Shown: positions 23,285 to 39,996, counted from the stretch's first letter. The stretch: 64,000 bases of DNA from the human T2T-CHM13v2.0 reference genome, Homo sapiens (GCF_009914755.1 NC_060930.1), one strand, 5' to 3'. Program-made: numbers and translations. The notes: a model not told the origin generated them from the letters alone.

Positions 23285-24794
23285 TTGCTTTCAATTCTTT
23301 TGGGTATATACCAAGACATAGAGTTGCTGGATCATGTGGTAATCCTGTTTAACTTTTTTGAGGAGCTACTGAATGGTTTTCCACATAATCTGCACCATTT
23401 TACATTCCTACCAACAAAGCATGGGTTGCAATTTGTCTGCATACTAGCTAACACTTGCTATTTTCCTTTGCTTTAATAGTAACCATCCTAATGGGTGTAA
23501 AGTGGTACCTTGTTGTGGTTTTTATTTGCATTTTCCTAATGGCTACTTATATTGAGCATTTTATTATGTGTTTATACAGTATATCTTCTTTGGAAAATTT
23601 TCTATTCAAATATTTTGCCCATTTTCGAATTGGGTTTTTGTTGTTGAGTTGTAGGTGTTCTTTATATATTCTGAATATTAATCCCTTATCAGATATATGA
23701 TTTGCAAATATGTTCTCCCTTTCTGTGGGTTGCCTTTTCACCTTCTTAATAGTGTCCTTTGATGCACAAAAGTTAGAAACTTTGATGAAGTCCAATTTAC
23801 CTATTTTTTGTTTCCTATGCTTTCAGTATCATATTCAAGAAATCACTGCCAAATCCAATGTCATGAAGATTTTCTTGTAGGGGTTATGTTTTCTTCTAAT
23901 GGTTGTATATTTTTACATTTAGGTCTTTGATCCATTTTGAGTGAATTTTTTAGTGTGGTGTAGGTAAGGGTTCATCTTCATTCTTTTGCATATGAACATG
24001 CAGTTTTCCCAGAGCCATTTGTTGAATAGACTGTCCTCTGCCCAGTGAATGGTCTTGGTGCTTGCTCTTGTTGAATATCAATTGGCCATACCTGTGAGGG
24101 TTTATTTCTTTGCTGTCTAGTCTCTTCCATTGGTCTATATATCTGTTTTTATGTCAGTATCACATTCTTCTGATTACTGTAAATTTGTAGTAAGTTTTAA
24201 AATCAGAAAGTATTACAACTTTGTCTATTTATTTATTTATTTGCTATTTGGGGTCCTTTGAGATACCATGTGAATTTTAGGATGAGTTTTTCTTATTATC
24301 TAGAAAAAAAACACTATTAGGATTCTTACAGGGATTACATTGAATCTGTTGGTTGCTTCGGATGACGTTTTTCTGTTAGCAATATTAAGTCTTCCAATCC
24401 AATGCAATGTCTTACCATTCATTTATGTCTTAATTTCTTTTGGTAGTGTTTTGTAGTTTTTAGTGTACAAATCATTCACCTCCTTGGTTAAATTTATTTT
24501 TAAGTATTTTATTTTTATGCAATTGTTAAGTACAATTGTTTTCTTAATTTCCCTTCTGGATTGTTCATTGTTAGTGTATAGCAATGCAACTAATTTTTGT
24601 GTATTGATTTTGTATTCTGCAACTTTGCTGAATTCCTTTATTAGCTCTAGGTTTTTTTGTGGAATCTTTAGAGTTTTCTGCACATATAATCAAGCCATCT
24701 TCAAACAGAGATAATTTTACTTCTTCCTTTTCAATTTGTGTAACTTATCTTTCTTTTTCTTAATTAATTACTCTGGCTAGAACTTCCAATAATG

Positions 24795-25113
24795 TGTTGT
24801 AAATTCTGATGATTTTATGTTGCATGACCTCGGAACTCTTACCTGCTTGTTTTAAACCCATCAGTTAAAACTCCCTGAGAGAAATCTGTTTCAATAATGC
24901 TGTAGACCCAGTAAAGGTATTGGCCCAAGGGTCCCTCTTTCTCTCCTGCTACCTGCATTCCCTGACCTTCATATGCCTTCAGTCATATGGTATGGCCTTC
25001 AGTCATGCCATGTACCTGTCAGGACCTGCAAGAGATAAAATCTTTATTTCCATCTTGTGTCTCTCTTAATCATTGAAGGGGGTGCTCTCCAGCTTAACGA
25101 TCCTAAATTAAAG
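24795..25113 (+). mobile_element. LTR fragment (LTR47-like) inside L1
   Basis: Non-L1 block ending cattgaagggggtgctctcc..aacgatcctaaattaaaga; L1 resumes on both sides. Confidence 0.5.
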
Positions 25114-25248
25114 AATATGCTAAATAGATAGTGGGCCCAAGTAAGCATCCTTATCTTATTCCTGTTCTTAAGGGAAAGGGTTTTGGTCTTTCACCATTGA
25201 GTATGACGTTAGCTGTGTGTTTTTTATGTATGGTTTTTATCATGTTAA

Positions 25249-25584
<336 letters not shown>

Positions 25585-26208
25585 TTATGAGTTTATTTTA
25601 TTGTGAAAGTATATTGAATTTTTCAACTGCTTTTTCCTGTATTAAGGAAGGCGATCATGTAATTTTTTTCCTGCATTCTATTAATGTGGTGTATCGCATT
25701 AACTTTCAGTTGTTAAACCATTCATACATTCCAGGAATAAATTTCACTCATTCCTGGTGTATAATTCTTTTAATATGTTGCTGAATTTGGTTTGCTAAGT
25801 TAGTATTTTGTTGATCTTCATAATTTTTCTCAGTATTTGCATTATCTCACTTATATATGTATGTGTCACTTGAGAATGTAAGCTCCTTGGAGAAAAGGAA
25901 CACTGCTTTGTTTATTACAACTAGGATCGTGACCAGCTCAGTACATTTTTCTTGACTGCCAAGAAATGGCAATTTGGCAATGAAACATCTGAAAAAGGAG
26001 GACATGAAAAAGGCATTTGTGGGTACCTTTGGAGGCACAAATAAAATTCTCCCTAAGGAATCTCAGAGGTAGGAGGAATTTGAGAAGATCATAGTTTTCA
26101 CAAAGTAGGTAGGGACAGGACTATATAAACATTCTGTGTTAACCTTCAGGTTTTTGTGGCCTGATAAAATATATTATACAAGTGTATGTCAATACTCATA
26201 GTCAACTA

Positions 26209-26792
26209 TTGTGGTAGGAAGAATTGTCAGATGATTCCCATGGACCCTTCCGTTTCTAGTATTACTTACATAATTATGCTAGGTTACATGGCAAAATAAA
26301 TTTTGTAGATGTAATTAAGATTACTCATCAGTTGACTTTAAAATAGATTATCCTGCTGGGCCTAACCTGGTCAAATGAGCCTTTTAAAAGCAGAGAGCTT
26401 TCTCCAGCTGGTAGCATGAGAAGGATCTGACTGTGGTTCATAGTTTTGAAGATGAGGAGGACTCCGTGGAAAGGACCTGAAAGGGGCCTTTAGAGCTGAG
26501 ACCAACCTCTAGTCAATAGCCAGCAAGAAAATGGGGATCTCAGGCCTTCAATTACAAGGAAGTGTATCCTGTCAATGATCTGAATAAGCTTGGAAGCAGA
26601 TTCTTCTACAGATCCTTTAGATGAGAATGCAGCTTGATCAACACCTTGATTTAAGCCTTGTAAGACCCTACAAAGAGAAACCAATTGAACCTACCCAGAC
26701 TTCTGACCTACAGAACTGTGAACTGTAAATTTGTGTTGTTTTAAGCCACAAAGTTTGTAGGAATTTGTTATGCAGCAATAGAAAGCTATTAC
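26209..26792 (+). mobile_element. MLT1E/D-like MaLR LTR
   Basis: tgtggtagg...cttctgacctacagaactgtga...ttgttatgcagcaatagaaagctattaca. Confidence 0.8.
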
Positions 26793-28349
26793 AGCTGTCA
26801 TCTGAACTGTCTTGACTTACATTATTTCTAGCTTTGGTGTCTTTGCAACTAAATCAGCTTCTTTAACCTCTTAAAAAATATGAAGCAATCTTCAAGGCTG
26901 AGAGAAATCAGAATCAGAGGCTGTGTCTTGCAGTGGCCTTGGGCTTCTACTTATCCTGGACATTTTGAACAAGGAGATCAAAAGAGTAATTTTTATTCTC
27001 TGTAGGAATAATTATCTGCTGGTACCAATGTCCATTTTATTCCTAGGTAGTTAGGTCAAATCCACTTACACAACATCATCTTCTATCACTCTATGCCATG
27101 TATCCCACACAACAGCAATTATAAGACTACAAACTCTTTGGGAATTCACCATAAACCTTCAAACCTTTTATCATGTTGATTTATATTCCCAGAATGCACT
27201 TCCTTCCTTTCTTTGCTTGAATAGTTTCATCAGGGCCCATATTAAAATGTTACCTTTACTGGGAAGTTTACCATGGAGTAAAATGGCTTGCTGTTTCTTA
27301 GCCAAGTACATCACTTTGTTTACATCTTTAGTACAGGTGACATTTCATTATATAATTTTAATTGTTCCATCTATATGCATGAATAGATTGTGAAGTCTTG
27401 AGAACTAATTATATTATATTTGTATCTGTAATTTATAAGAAATATGAGTGCTCAATAAACATTTGTTAAATAAATAAGAAAAACTACAGGAAAAGGAGAT
27501 ACTGGATTTGTTCTCTGAGGAGGAAGTGATAAATTCCACTGTAGGAGTACTTAATTGGACATGCCAGTGGAGCATTGGACATGCTTTTTTTAATTGGACA
27601 TGCCATCTGAGTAGAAATGTCCAGTAGGCAGCTAGGAGTACAGGATGGCAGCTCACAAATGAGGCAGTACAGATCATACTGTCCTTTAAAGTAATCTCTT
27701 CTAGGCATCATGACTTTGTTTATACTGCTTTCAGTAATTTTATTCTTCCATGTCAGATCTTTCTGCAAACCAAGTAACTTGAAATATCCCAATATTAGCA
27801 AATTAAAATGAAAATTATAGAGCTTTATAATTAAGAATTTGGGGGCCATTTCTTTTCTGTTTTAGATGCTTCTAAATATCACCTTTTAAATATAATGTTA
27901 GTTATTTTTAGTACTTATTCAATTCCTCAAATTTTGTATTTCTAGCAGCCAAAATTATAAATTTTAGCATTCTATGTGTGATGGGATTTCTTTGGCCAAT
28001 TTTGAGTTTTTTTACAAAGTTATTTTTCATTTTGCCAATCTCTAAAAGCTTCACTATTATTTTATCAATGTCTTAAATGGCACATTCGCTTTAATTTTTT
28101 ATTTCTCAAAATTCATAGCCAAAACTTCGTTATTTCATATTGAAGAAGTCACTGTAGTAACTAGTATTTTAGAGTGTAGTATGCAGATCAGCAGCATCAC
28201 CAAGAGCCTATTAGAAATGCTGAATCCTAGACCTCTTTCCAGACCTCCTAAACAAGACCCTGAATGATTCATAAGTACTTTAAATTTTGAGAAGCAACGC
28301 CCTAGAATGTTTCTTGGCAAATTTATGGTCCATGTCTACCAGATTTGTA

Positions 28350-29003
28350 CAGTAGCCCCTGCACTATCTGTAGTTTCCCTTTCCAAGGTTTCAGTTACCT
28401 GATGTCAACTACTGTTCGAAAATATTAAAAGGAAAATTCCAGAAATAAACAATTTGTAAATTTAAAATTGTGCTTCATTATGAGTAGCATGACAAAATCT
28501 CATGCCATCCGGTTTCATCCCCCCGGGACATGAATGTATTTGTCCAGCACATCCACGACATTGTCTGCTCCTGACATCCAACCATGGACATTGCCATGGC
28601 TTCATGATCCAGGATCACCTGAAGCAGATGAAACTCCTTCTGAGGTATTGTCAAAAGGTCAAGAGTAGCCTAGCACTGTGTCACAATACCTACATCATTC
28701 ACCTCAGTTCATCTCATCACATAGGTATCTTATCATCTCGCATCATCACAAGAAGTATGAGCACAATACAGTAAGATATTTTGAGAGACCACACATAACT
28801 TTTACTACAGTATACTATTATAGTTGTTTTATTATTGTTGTTAATCTCTTTCTGTGCCTAGTTTATAACAATTAGACTTTATCATAGGTATGTATGTGTA
28901 GGGAAAAGCAGTACAGTATGTATAGGGTTCAGTATAATCCACAGTTTTAGACATCCACTGAGGGTCTTGGAATGTATCCTCTGTGAATAAGAAGGGACAA
29001 CTG
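28350..29003 (+). mobile_element. MER44 (Tigger-derived) non-autonomous DNA transposon
   Basis: TIR-like ends cagtagcccc.../...gggacaactg, flanked by TA at 28348-28349 and 29004-29005. Confidence 0.85.
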
Positions 29004-29842
29004 TAATACTAATCTTGTATGAAAATTTTTTTGTTACTGAGTGCAATTTTACTTTTTGCATTATTTATTAGGAGATGAAACTGACTTCTTATCCTTAACT
29101 TTCTCCAAGTTGAACATTTCTTTATATGCTAAAAAAAAATTGGGCAGCTGAAATTTTAAAGAAATGTTTAAAACTATCAAAACTCATGTATCCAATATTT
29201 TCACTCTTATCATTGCCTATTTTCTCCTTTTGCCCATACTTTCCAGTTAAAGAAACACGTTTTTGGTAAATCGATAAAGTGGATGAACTGATTTTTAGCT
29301 AATTGTTCATTCATTGATTTTTGTCTAATTGATTTATGGATTTTACTGATTCCACAAAAGTGAAGCTCTATTGAGAGGTAGTGTAAAGTTGCTCAAGCAC
29401 CCAAGAGAGTCAGTTTTGGAGAGTCTAACAATATTCATTTTATAATTCTGTAGCTCTCTGATGTACAGAGAAGTTAAAAACCTAAAGTTTCACTTATGGT
29501 AAGCGGTAGTCCTGAGATTTGATCCTGGATGTAAACAGCAATGGTACTCTGTTCATTTCATCATGATCACTACATTACAGACACTCATTAAATAAGCAGT
29601 GATCATTTGCTTTTTTAAATTAATTGAGGGTACACTGGCAATCCTCTGGTATACTGACACAATGAAGAAATTTTACCTTGATCATGATAATGTGATCTGT
29701 TTAGATTTGTAAAGGTGTTGACAAGGAACTTCACCAAAGTTATGATTTTCTTAAGAAAACGACACATTGGGTTTGGGGGGAGCTTTGTAACAAGGGAAGT
29801 TCAGTGAGGATAGAACACTGGGTGTATAAAAGAGAAGGTGCA

Positions 29843-30259
<417 letters not shown>

Positions 30260-30335
30260 TTACCTTTGGTGATTTACTGATAGGCATTGTGATGAGGTGG
30301 AAAAGCATGAACTCTGAAGCAAGTCAGAACAGAAT

Positions 30336-30635
30336 GTGGTTTTTCTGTTTGTTTTTCTTTTCAGACAGGATCTTGCTCTGGAGCTGGAGTGAATGACACA
30401 ATCTCAGCTGACTGCAACCTCCACCTCCCAGGTTCAAGCAATCTGCCCGCCTCAGCCTCCCGAGTATCTGGGACTACAGCCCTATCACCACGCCTGGCTA
30501 ATTATCTGTAATTTTTCTAGAAACAGGGTTTCATTATGTTGCCCAGGCTGGTCTCAAACTCCTGGGCCCAAGCAATCCATCTGCCTTGGCCTCCCAAAGT
30601 GCTGGGATTACAGACAAGAGCCACTGTACCTGGCC
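30336..30635 (-). mobile_element. AluJ inserted in a MIR
   Basis: Reverse Alu; TSD agaacagaat 30326-30335/30636-30645. Confidence 0.9.
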
Positions 30636-31442
30636 AGAACAGAATCTGAATGCTGACTCTACCACTTTCTATATGATTGACCTTAGGAAAGTTACTTACC
30701 ATTTTAATTTCAACTTTGTCACTTATAAGAATAGGTATGGTGACACAAATCTCCTAGGATTCTTATTTTAAAAATGAGATAAAGCATGTTAAGCTTACTG
30801 ACATGTTGTTATTTAATAAATGGTAATTGTTATTGCTATAGTCATAATCCAGGGCCTTGAAACTAGATGTTGTCAGAAAATAATTGATAGGCTGATTCAC
30901 ATTAACCAAACTCACTTGAAACTGATGTATAAAACAATGCTAATTTATTAATTAACAATGAGAACTGCAACTATTATGAAGACTGAAATACTTAGTGAAC
31001 ACAAACATTGCATTCTCTTTTCGTAGTCATACCTATAGGGTAAACCAACTTGTTATCAGAAAAGAAGGGTGTATAGGAGAAAATCAGCCTAAAAAATGTG
31101 AAATTAGTGCAAGGGAAGTTAGATGTGTGATTCAAATTATTTTGATCATGCTAAAATAACCTGATAGAGATCACACCAACATTGTCATATGTGCCTCTAA
31201 TTCTTTAAGCCTCCTAATTAATCTAGGCACTGTTCCTTCATGGGCCCCGTGCCCTTCTATTTTCTCAGCCTCTTCTTGGTTTCATTTCCTATTCTCTACA
31301 GCCTGGATTCTGTATATTACCTAGGGACTTGGGCCGTGATTACTTTCTCCTAAAACAATAGGATAATTATGATGAAAACTGAAGTCGTTTCCCCCAATAA
31401 TGTATTTGCCGTACTTACCTTTCAACCAGTTATGCAATTTTA

Positions 31443-32066
<624 letters not shown>

Positions 32067-32399
32067 GCCCATCATTATGAGGTAGTGGGTCCAGGGGCTT
32101 GGCCCTCTTCCACTGCCTTTCTTCTGCCTCTTTACTGTAACATTTCAGAGCCCAGACTCTGTGCTCACTATTTTTGATTCAAAATGTTCCCAAATTATCA
32201 AAGCCACTTTCTCATTTGCATTTGTCACAATGATGGAATTCACAAGAAAATACATTACAGACTCTGAAAACAATTCTCCAAATAATTTTGGCACCTCTTC
32301 TGGAACATTTCCTTCACCTTCGGGTTCTTCTTCTCTTGCATCTCTCTTATGTAAGCAGTGGCTGCTTTGTATTCCACACCTGACTTAACTGGGCCTGGA

Positions 32400-34080
32400 G
32401 GGTGAGGTAGGTGCCCTTTTTGCTCCTCATTGCCACATTCAGGCCATTGTTTCTCTCCCTAGAGCCCCCTAGCTCCTCTAAGACACCTGCTATCAAACTA
32501 AACCACTTACTACCCCTTGCTGAAGTAATCTACTAATTCCCGGTCACTTCTTCATTTGTGGGAGATGATAGCACCTTCCTCACACTTCCCATGACTGCTC
32601 AGACCATTATACTTGGTGATTTCGATATGTATGTAATCAATCCATTCAATATCTCAGGCTCTCAGGCCTTTGCCTTCCTCTCTTCCAATGATCTTGTTTT
32701 CCCTTCCACCTCAGACATCCACACCAATAGTCAACAACCTAGACCTTGTGGCATTACCAATAAGCACACTCCTCAAAACCTCAGTTTCAAGCATTCCACT
32801 TCCAAACTACCAGGCCCTATCTTTTCAACTTACTCTCCTCCCTTTAATACTTCAACTATAATTTTTTCAGCCCCAACAAAACCTAAAATAATAAAATTAT
32901 GGATTTATTTTTGCTTTTCTAACTCCCTTCCCACCTCCCTCCACCCCCACTTTAGCTCTTACTTTCACTTCTTCTCACTTTGAATTCCACAGGACATCAC
33001 TATAATTTATTTCTCATAAGCACCCTTGCTGTCTTACCCCTCTCTCTTGGGTCACACTCTTCTGGAAAAATTCTAGCTAAATCCAATTTTCAGCTTACTC
33101 CACTCCTGCTCTCATGTACCTGAACATAGCTAAAGAAAACTCAGTGATGATGATTTGTCTCATTTTGAACTCACGACCCAATTATCTGAAAGGAGATACC
33201 CTTTGAGATAATTTGGTACTACCCTCCAATCCTACATTTCTTTAGTCAATTCACTTTCTCATTCTACAGGAGGTGACCTGATCTCCTCTTCTTAAACTTC
33301 TAACATCCCTTTATACCTACTTCTCATTCTCAGGTTATGATCTAATTTCTATGAAAAAAATAGAAGCAATCAGGACAGAACTTCCACATCCATCCTCCAC
33401 CAACCCATTGCAACCATAGCCAAATACTCTTTGTTCCCTCCTATTTTAACCACCATATTATTTATGCTCCTATTTTCAGGCCAACCCTTCTGCTTGTGGC
33501 CTGAAGCTCATCTTATCTTGCTTCCTCAGAAACTCCAACCTATTTATCCCTTCTCCTTTCTGAATTGTCAGTTTTTTTCTCTCTATTCATTCAATCCCAA
33601 TAGGATTCAAACATACTATAACATTGAATATTTAAAAAATCCTCAACTCCATGTCCTCTTCTAGCAACTACCCCAATTTTCTTTTCCCATTATGGAAAAC
33701 TCAAGTATTCAAATTTGTGTTCTCCAGTGTCTTATTTCCTATTCTCATATTAAGCCCTTCCATCAGGTTTTAGTTCCACCACTCTACCAAAACTGCTCCT
33801 AAGATCACCACTGACCTTCTCACTGCCAAATCCAATGTCAATTCTCTCTTCATCTTATTAAACCTCTCAGAAGTGTTTTACCTGAATCACTTTTTTCATT
33901 CAGCTTCTGGGGTACCACACTCTGCTGATTATCTTACTACCTCACATGCTGCCTACCTCACACATGGATCTTCATCTTTCTGATTTCTTTTTTTTAAGAC
34001 CTCTTCCTCATACCCCAGACTTGCATATCCAACAGTCTTGATATCTCAGCTTGAAGGTCTAATAGGCATCTAAAACACTT
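32400..34080 (+). mobile_element. L2 ORF2 remnant including endonuclease region
   Basis: ORF 32558..32983 contains IILGDF (AP-endonuclease GDFN-type motif); L2-like motifs further on (ccaaaactgctc, gccaaatccaat). Confidence 0.7.
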
Positions 34081-36023
34081 TGCTTAGATAGCTAAATCAC
34101 AACGAAAACGTTGGCAAAGATCTGGAGCAATGGAAACTCTCAAACATGGGTGGTGGGAGTGTAAATTGGTGCAATTCTTTGGCAAAACATTTGTCAATGT
34201 CAACTAAAGCTGAACATATGTATACCCCTGTGACAAAATAATTTTACTCCTAGGTTTATACCCAACAGAAATGAGTACACATTACATCAAAAGACATGTA
34301 TAAGAATGTTCTCAATGGCATTATTCATAATTGCCTCCAACTGGAAACAATCCAAATGCCTGTCTGCAGCAAAGTGGGTAAATAGTGAAACATTCATATA
34401 ATGGAATATTACAACACCCACAAAAATAAATGAACCACAGCTATTTGCAATAACATGAATAAATCTCACAAACAGTAGGTAAAAAATGCTAGACACAAAT
34501 GTATAGGGTATGATTGCTGTGGTTTGAATGTCTCCTCCAAAACTCATGTTAAAATTTAATTGCCATTGTGACGGTAATAAGAGATGGGACCTTTACCAGG
34601 GTGATTAGGTTATTAGGGATCTGCCCTCATGAATGGATTAATGCCATTATTGAGAAAGTGGGTTAGTTAGCATTGGAGTTCTACCCACTTTTTCTGTCTC
34701 AAGTGCTCTTGCCCTCCCTTGCCACATGATGCCTTCTGCCATGGGATGATGCAATATGAAGGCCCTCACCATTTGTTGGTGCCATGCATTTTGACTTCTC
34801 AGCCTCCAGGACCATGAGCCAAATAAACTTCTATTCTTTATAAATTATGTAGTCTGTGGTATTCTGTTATAGCAAAAAAAAAAAAAAAAAAAAAACTAAA
34901 ACAGAAAATTGGTAAAGGCTATTTTAATGAGGTCCTAGATGGAAATGAGGAGCAAGGTATTGGAAACTAGAGTAAAGGCCATCCTTGTATACAGTTGCAA
35001 AGAACTTGGGGGATTGTGTCTGCGTTCTAGGGCCTTATAAAGTGCAGAACTTAACAGTGACGAACTGGGATATCTGGTGGAAGAAATATCTATGCAGCAA
35101 AGCATTCAGACTGCTGTGTGGCTGTTTTTAACTGCATACAATGAGATGTGAGAGGAAAGAAATAAAGATGGAATTTATAATTAAAAGAGAATCAGGGTAG
35201 AAATATTTGGAGTATGTATAGCCTGGCCATATAAATAATAGAAAAGTATGTTCAGGAGAGAAAACTAAGTGTGTGGCTAAGTGACTTTTTACTAAGGAGA
35301 TAAACATGGACAAAAGGAAGGTGCTATTCATTAAGACAATGGGAGACAGACCATAAAGCATTTCAAAGATCTTCAAGTCTGCCCCTACAATCACAGGCCC
35401 AGAACTCTAAAAGGGTAAAATGATTTAGGGGAAAGGCCCAAGGCACCCTCCATGGACTCAGCTCAGAGCTGCCTCAGGTCTGCTCCTGGGGTTCCAGAGC
35501 AGCACTCTGTGGCCACCCTAGCCATGGCTCATTAGGCCCAGGTATGGCTTGATCCAGAAAATGCAAGCTGTAGAGCTTGGCAGTGTCCATGTGGTGCTGA
35601 TGCAGCAGGCATGCACAATGCAATAGCTGTGAAGACCTGGCTTCCTCCACCTAGATTTCAAAGGATGTTGCTGACAGTCTGGGGGCCCAGGCAGAGAATT
35701 GTGCAGGGACACAGCCACTGCAGAGAGCCCCTACGACAATGACAAGTGGAAATGCGGGGTCAGAGCTGACACAGAGTCTCCACTAGGGCTGCCTAGTAGA
35801 GCATGGAAGTAGGGCCACTCTTAGGACTCCAGAATTGTGGGGGTAACAGCATGCAACACCAGCCTGGGAGAACTACAGATACGAGACTCCAACCCATGAC
35901 AGCTACTGCATGGACTGAACCATTGGAGCAGGGCTGCCTGAGGCCTTGGCTGCCCAACCCCAACCCCTAGATGTAGGACAAAGAGTCAAAGGAGATTATT
36001 CTCCCACTTTAGGACTTAATGTT

Positions 36024-36251
36024 GGCCAGGCACAGTGGCTCATGCCTGTAATCCCAGCATTTTGGGAGGCTGAAGCGGGTGGATCATTTGAGGTCAGGAG
36101 TTCAAGACCAGCCTGGCCAACCTGGTGAAACCCTGTCTCTACTAAAAATACAAAAATTAGCTGGGCGCGGTGGCAAGTGCCTGTAATCCCAGCTACTCAG
36201 AAGGCTGAGGCAGGAGATTGTGCCACTGCAATAAAAAAAAAAAAAAAAAAA
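36024..36251 (+). mobile_element. AluS with right-arm deletions
   Basis: Left arm intact, right arm shortened, poly(A); TSD cttaatgtt. Confidence 0.9.
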
Positions 36252-36586
36252 GTCTTAATGTTTTCCCTGTTGGGTTTTGGAAAATAGGTAACTTGTTTGA
36301 TTTCACAGGCTCATGAATGGAGAGAATTTGCCTCAGGATAAATCATACCTTGACTACAACCCACATCTGATTCAGATGAGACTCTGGACTTTGGAGTTGG
36401 TGCTGGAATGAATTAAGAATTTTGGGGCTACTCGGATGGAATGAATGTATTTTCTATGTGAGAAGAACATGAGTTTTGAGGGTCAGGGGCAAAATTCTAT
36501 GGTTTGAATGTCTCCTCCAAAATTCATGTTGAAATTTAATTGCCATTGTGATGGTTTTAAGAGGCGGGACCTTTAAAAGGTGATTA

Positions 36587-36911
<325 letters not shown>

Positions 36912-38630
36912 TCATAAGGGCTTTGCCCTCATAAAGGGATTAATACCATTATCACAGGAGTGACTTAGTTATCATGGGTGTCTGGCCCTTTTTTCTGTCT
37001 CACACACTTTCACCCTTTCTCACCATGTGATGCCTTCTGCCATCAGATGATGTAGCACAAAGGCCCTCACCATATCTAATTGTTGGAATTAATACTCAGG
37101 ATAATAGTCACCTTTGGGGAAGAAGAAAAAGGCTGTGATTTGAGGGGTGAAATAGCATTACTGGAATGCCAGTAGTGCTCCATTTCTTGACCTAGATGAT
37201 AAGTTTACAGACATATTCACTTTGCACATTTATATTTTGTGTTCTTTTGTTTTTTATTAAGTTAAAAAGTTCCCAAACTGAATTCTGATTCCTCATCCCC
37301 TCTGTGAACCTACTGCATACTTGGTATTCTCTATCTCAGTACATGGTAAATCCTTTCAAGTTGCTAAGGCTGAAGTCCTTAAAGCCACCCTAACTTCTCT
37401 CTCACTTTTATAGCTAACCCATAGGCAAACCTTACCTGCTGTACATTCAAAATACAGCCTCAGTCCAACTACTTCCCATCGTTTTGTCAACAATATCTTT
37501 GTTTAAGCCACCATTCGATCTTACCTGGACTACTAGCATTCCAACTAAATTCCTGCCTGTACTCTTAACCCTTTATAATTTATTCCCTACATTACAGCAA
37601 GTGACCCTTTTTAAACAATTCAAATCTGTGCCCGACACTCTCCAATGACTTGCCATCTCATTCTGAATAGAATGCTAAATCCTTACCATAGCCAAGAAAG
37701 TCCTGAGGAACTACACCCCCAGCTCTCTCTCTGACCTCATCTCCTACCCTCACTTATTACAATCCAGCCAGTGTTTCTGAAACTGCCAAATGCTCCTATC
37801 TCAGGATACTTGTGGCTCCTAGTACCTCTGCCTGGAATGTTATCCTCTCAGATATCTACCTAGTTCATTCCTTCACCACCTCCAAGTGTGTGCTCCAATG
37901 ACAAGTCATTAGAAATGCATTTCCTTTTTTTTTTCCCCCATATCAAGCATGTGAACCCAAGAAAGGCATTTCCTAACCATTCTGTCTACAATAGCACCAC
38001 CACAACCCATGATGGAAGTCTTGCCCAAGCCCTTCACCCTGCTTTATTATCTATGTTTACCACCCTTGGCATTTTACAACTTTCTTTATAATAGGATGTG
38101 AGCTCTGCAACAGAATATTTGGCTTTGTCTATTTCTGAACCCCTGCAAATATAATTAATTCAGCCACCTCATAAGCATTGGCTGTGGTTGAATGATTTTT
38201 AATGAAGACTTAAATGTTTAAGGATGAATGACTAAGTTACGTGACATTTTCTCTCTTTTCTGCTTCCCTCACAGTCATTTAGCAAAAACTACTCAAGTGG
38301 TTTAATATCTATAATCTGGCAGACATGGAAAGTGCCAATCTAGGACCTAGAGGAAAATGCTTAGTCTCTATATGCCCAATCTTGGACATTGAAACATCCA
38401 AATAAATTACACATGAAGGTATTAGAACTTTTTGTTAATAGTAGACAATTCCTTGCCTCATAAACAACTGGCTGGCTTTACTGATAACTTCCGAGGTCTT
38501 TTTATTTCTGGTCAGTTTGTTAGCAAATGTTAAACCTGTAAGGGAATCCCTCTGTTATTTTTCTGGATTCATTACAACTTCAAGGAAAAACTTATAACTT
38601 CTGCCAATTCTCCCTTCGATTTTAATTTGG

Positions 38631-38930
38631 GGCCAAGGGTGGTGACTACACCTGTAATCCCAACACTTTGGGAGGTCAAGGCAGGAGGACTGCCTGAGGC
38701 CAGGAGTTGGAGACCAGCCTGGGCAACATAGCCAGACCCCATCTCTACAGAAATTTAAAACAATTAGCCAGGCATGGTGGCATGCACCTATAGTTCCAGC
38801 TACTTGGGAGGCTGAGGCAGGAGCATCCTTTAAGCCCAGTTTGAGGCTGCAGTAAGTTATAATCATGCTACTGCACTCCAGCCTGGGTGACAGAGCAAGA
38901 CCCTGTCTCTTAAATTAAAGAAAAAAAAAA
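38631..38930 (+). mobile_element. AluJ
   Basis: Full dimer; TSD gattttaa. Confidence 0.9.
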
Positions 38931-39444
38931 GATTTTAACTTTGCTCTACTCTCTCAGTATGGTAAATATTAAGAAACTAATGTTGGTATTATACTAGATG
39001 TTTATGGCATATATGACTTGTATATTACAATCAAGAAAAAAAAGACCAAGAAATGGTTTAAAATAACTTCCTCCCTCTGCTCTTAAAATAGAGGTAAGGA
39101 GAAAAAATGGTAAATATGTGACTTAGTTCACCAAAGTGTAGTTAGATAGATATGTCTGAGCAAAAGGAGCAATTGTAAATCCACCTGCTTTGGGAAACAG
39201 GAATGTGGTCTGGAATAGCTAGTAGAGATGTTTTTGAGAAACACAAAAAGGAGATACAAAAACCAGGATCATGTGAACTTCTGTAATCTCACTGACTGTC
39301 AAAACAAATACAAGCCAATTTTTCTTTCCAGTGTACACATTAGGAATTTAAGAAAAAACACTTATGCCTGGGTCCTATCTCCTAAGGCAATTAGTCTCTG
39401 GAGTTGTAGGGCCTTGGCAAGATAATTTTATAGGGTTCTCCAGG

Positions 39445-39795
39445 TGTTATGGACTTAATATGTTCTCTCCAAATTTCTATGTTGAAAGCCTAATCTGCAA
39501 TGTGATGGTATTAGGAGGGGGGCCTTTGGGAGGTGATTAGGTCATAAGGGTAGAGCCCTCACCAATGGGATTAGTCTTATAAAGAGATATGAGAGGTTGC
39601 TCTGTCTCTGCTTAGCACCATGTAGGAACACAAGAAGAAGAGAGGTGTCTGCAAACGGAAATGGGCCTTCATCTGACACTGGATCTGCTAGTACCTTGAT
39701 CTTGGACTTCCCAGCCTCTTCCAGCTTTAAACAAATTTCTATTGTTTAAGATACCTAGTCTATTGTAATTTAACATAACAGCACAAATTAAGACA
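39445..39795 (+). mobile_element. MLT1A-like MaLR LTR
   Basis: tgttatggact...aagaca; 5-bp TSD ccagg 39440-39444/39796-39800. Confidence 0.85.
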
Positions 39796-39990
39796 CCAGG
39801 TGACTCCAATATGCAACCAGGGTAAAATAACACCAGTTTAAGTTGTAGAAGTGGAATTCTATAGTTGTGGTAAACTCCTAGAATATTAAAAACAGACTAG
39901 AAGAAGAATAATAGTAAGTTTTAATATTCTTACTGAGTTAGGCTATTATATGCAATTGAATTGTTAATTTGAGGGTATTTTATAATTCTT

Positions 39991-39996
39991 TTTATT
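39991..39996 (-). terminator. Candidate ZNF184 polyadenylation signal (AATAAA)
   Basis: tttatt on the plus strand ~460 bp past the stop codon; an ATTAAA variant is also present near 39920. Confidence 0.6.
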
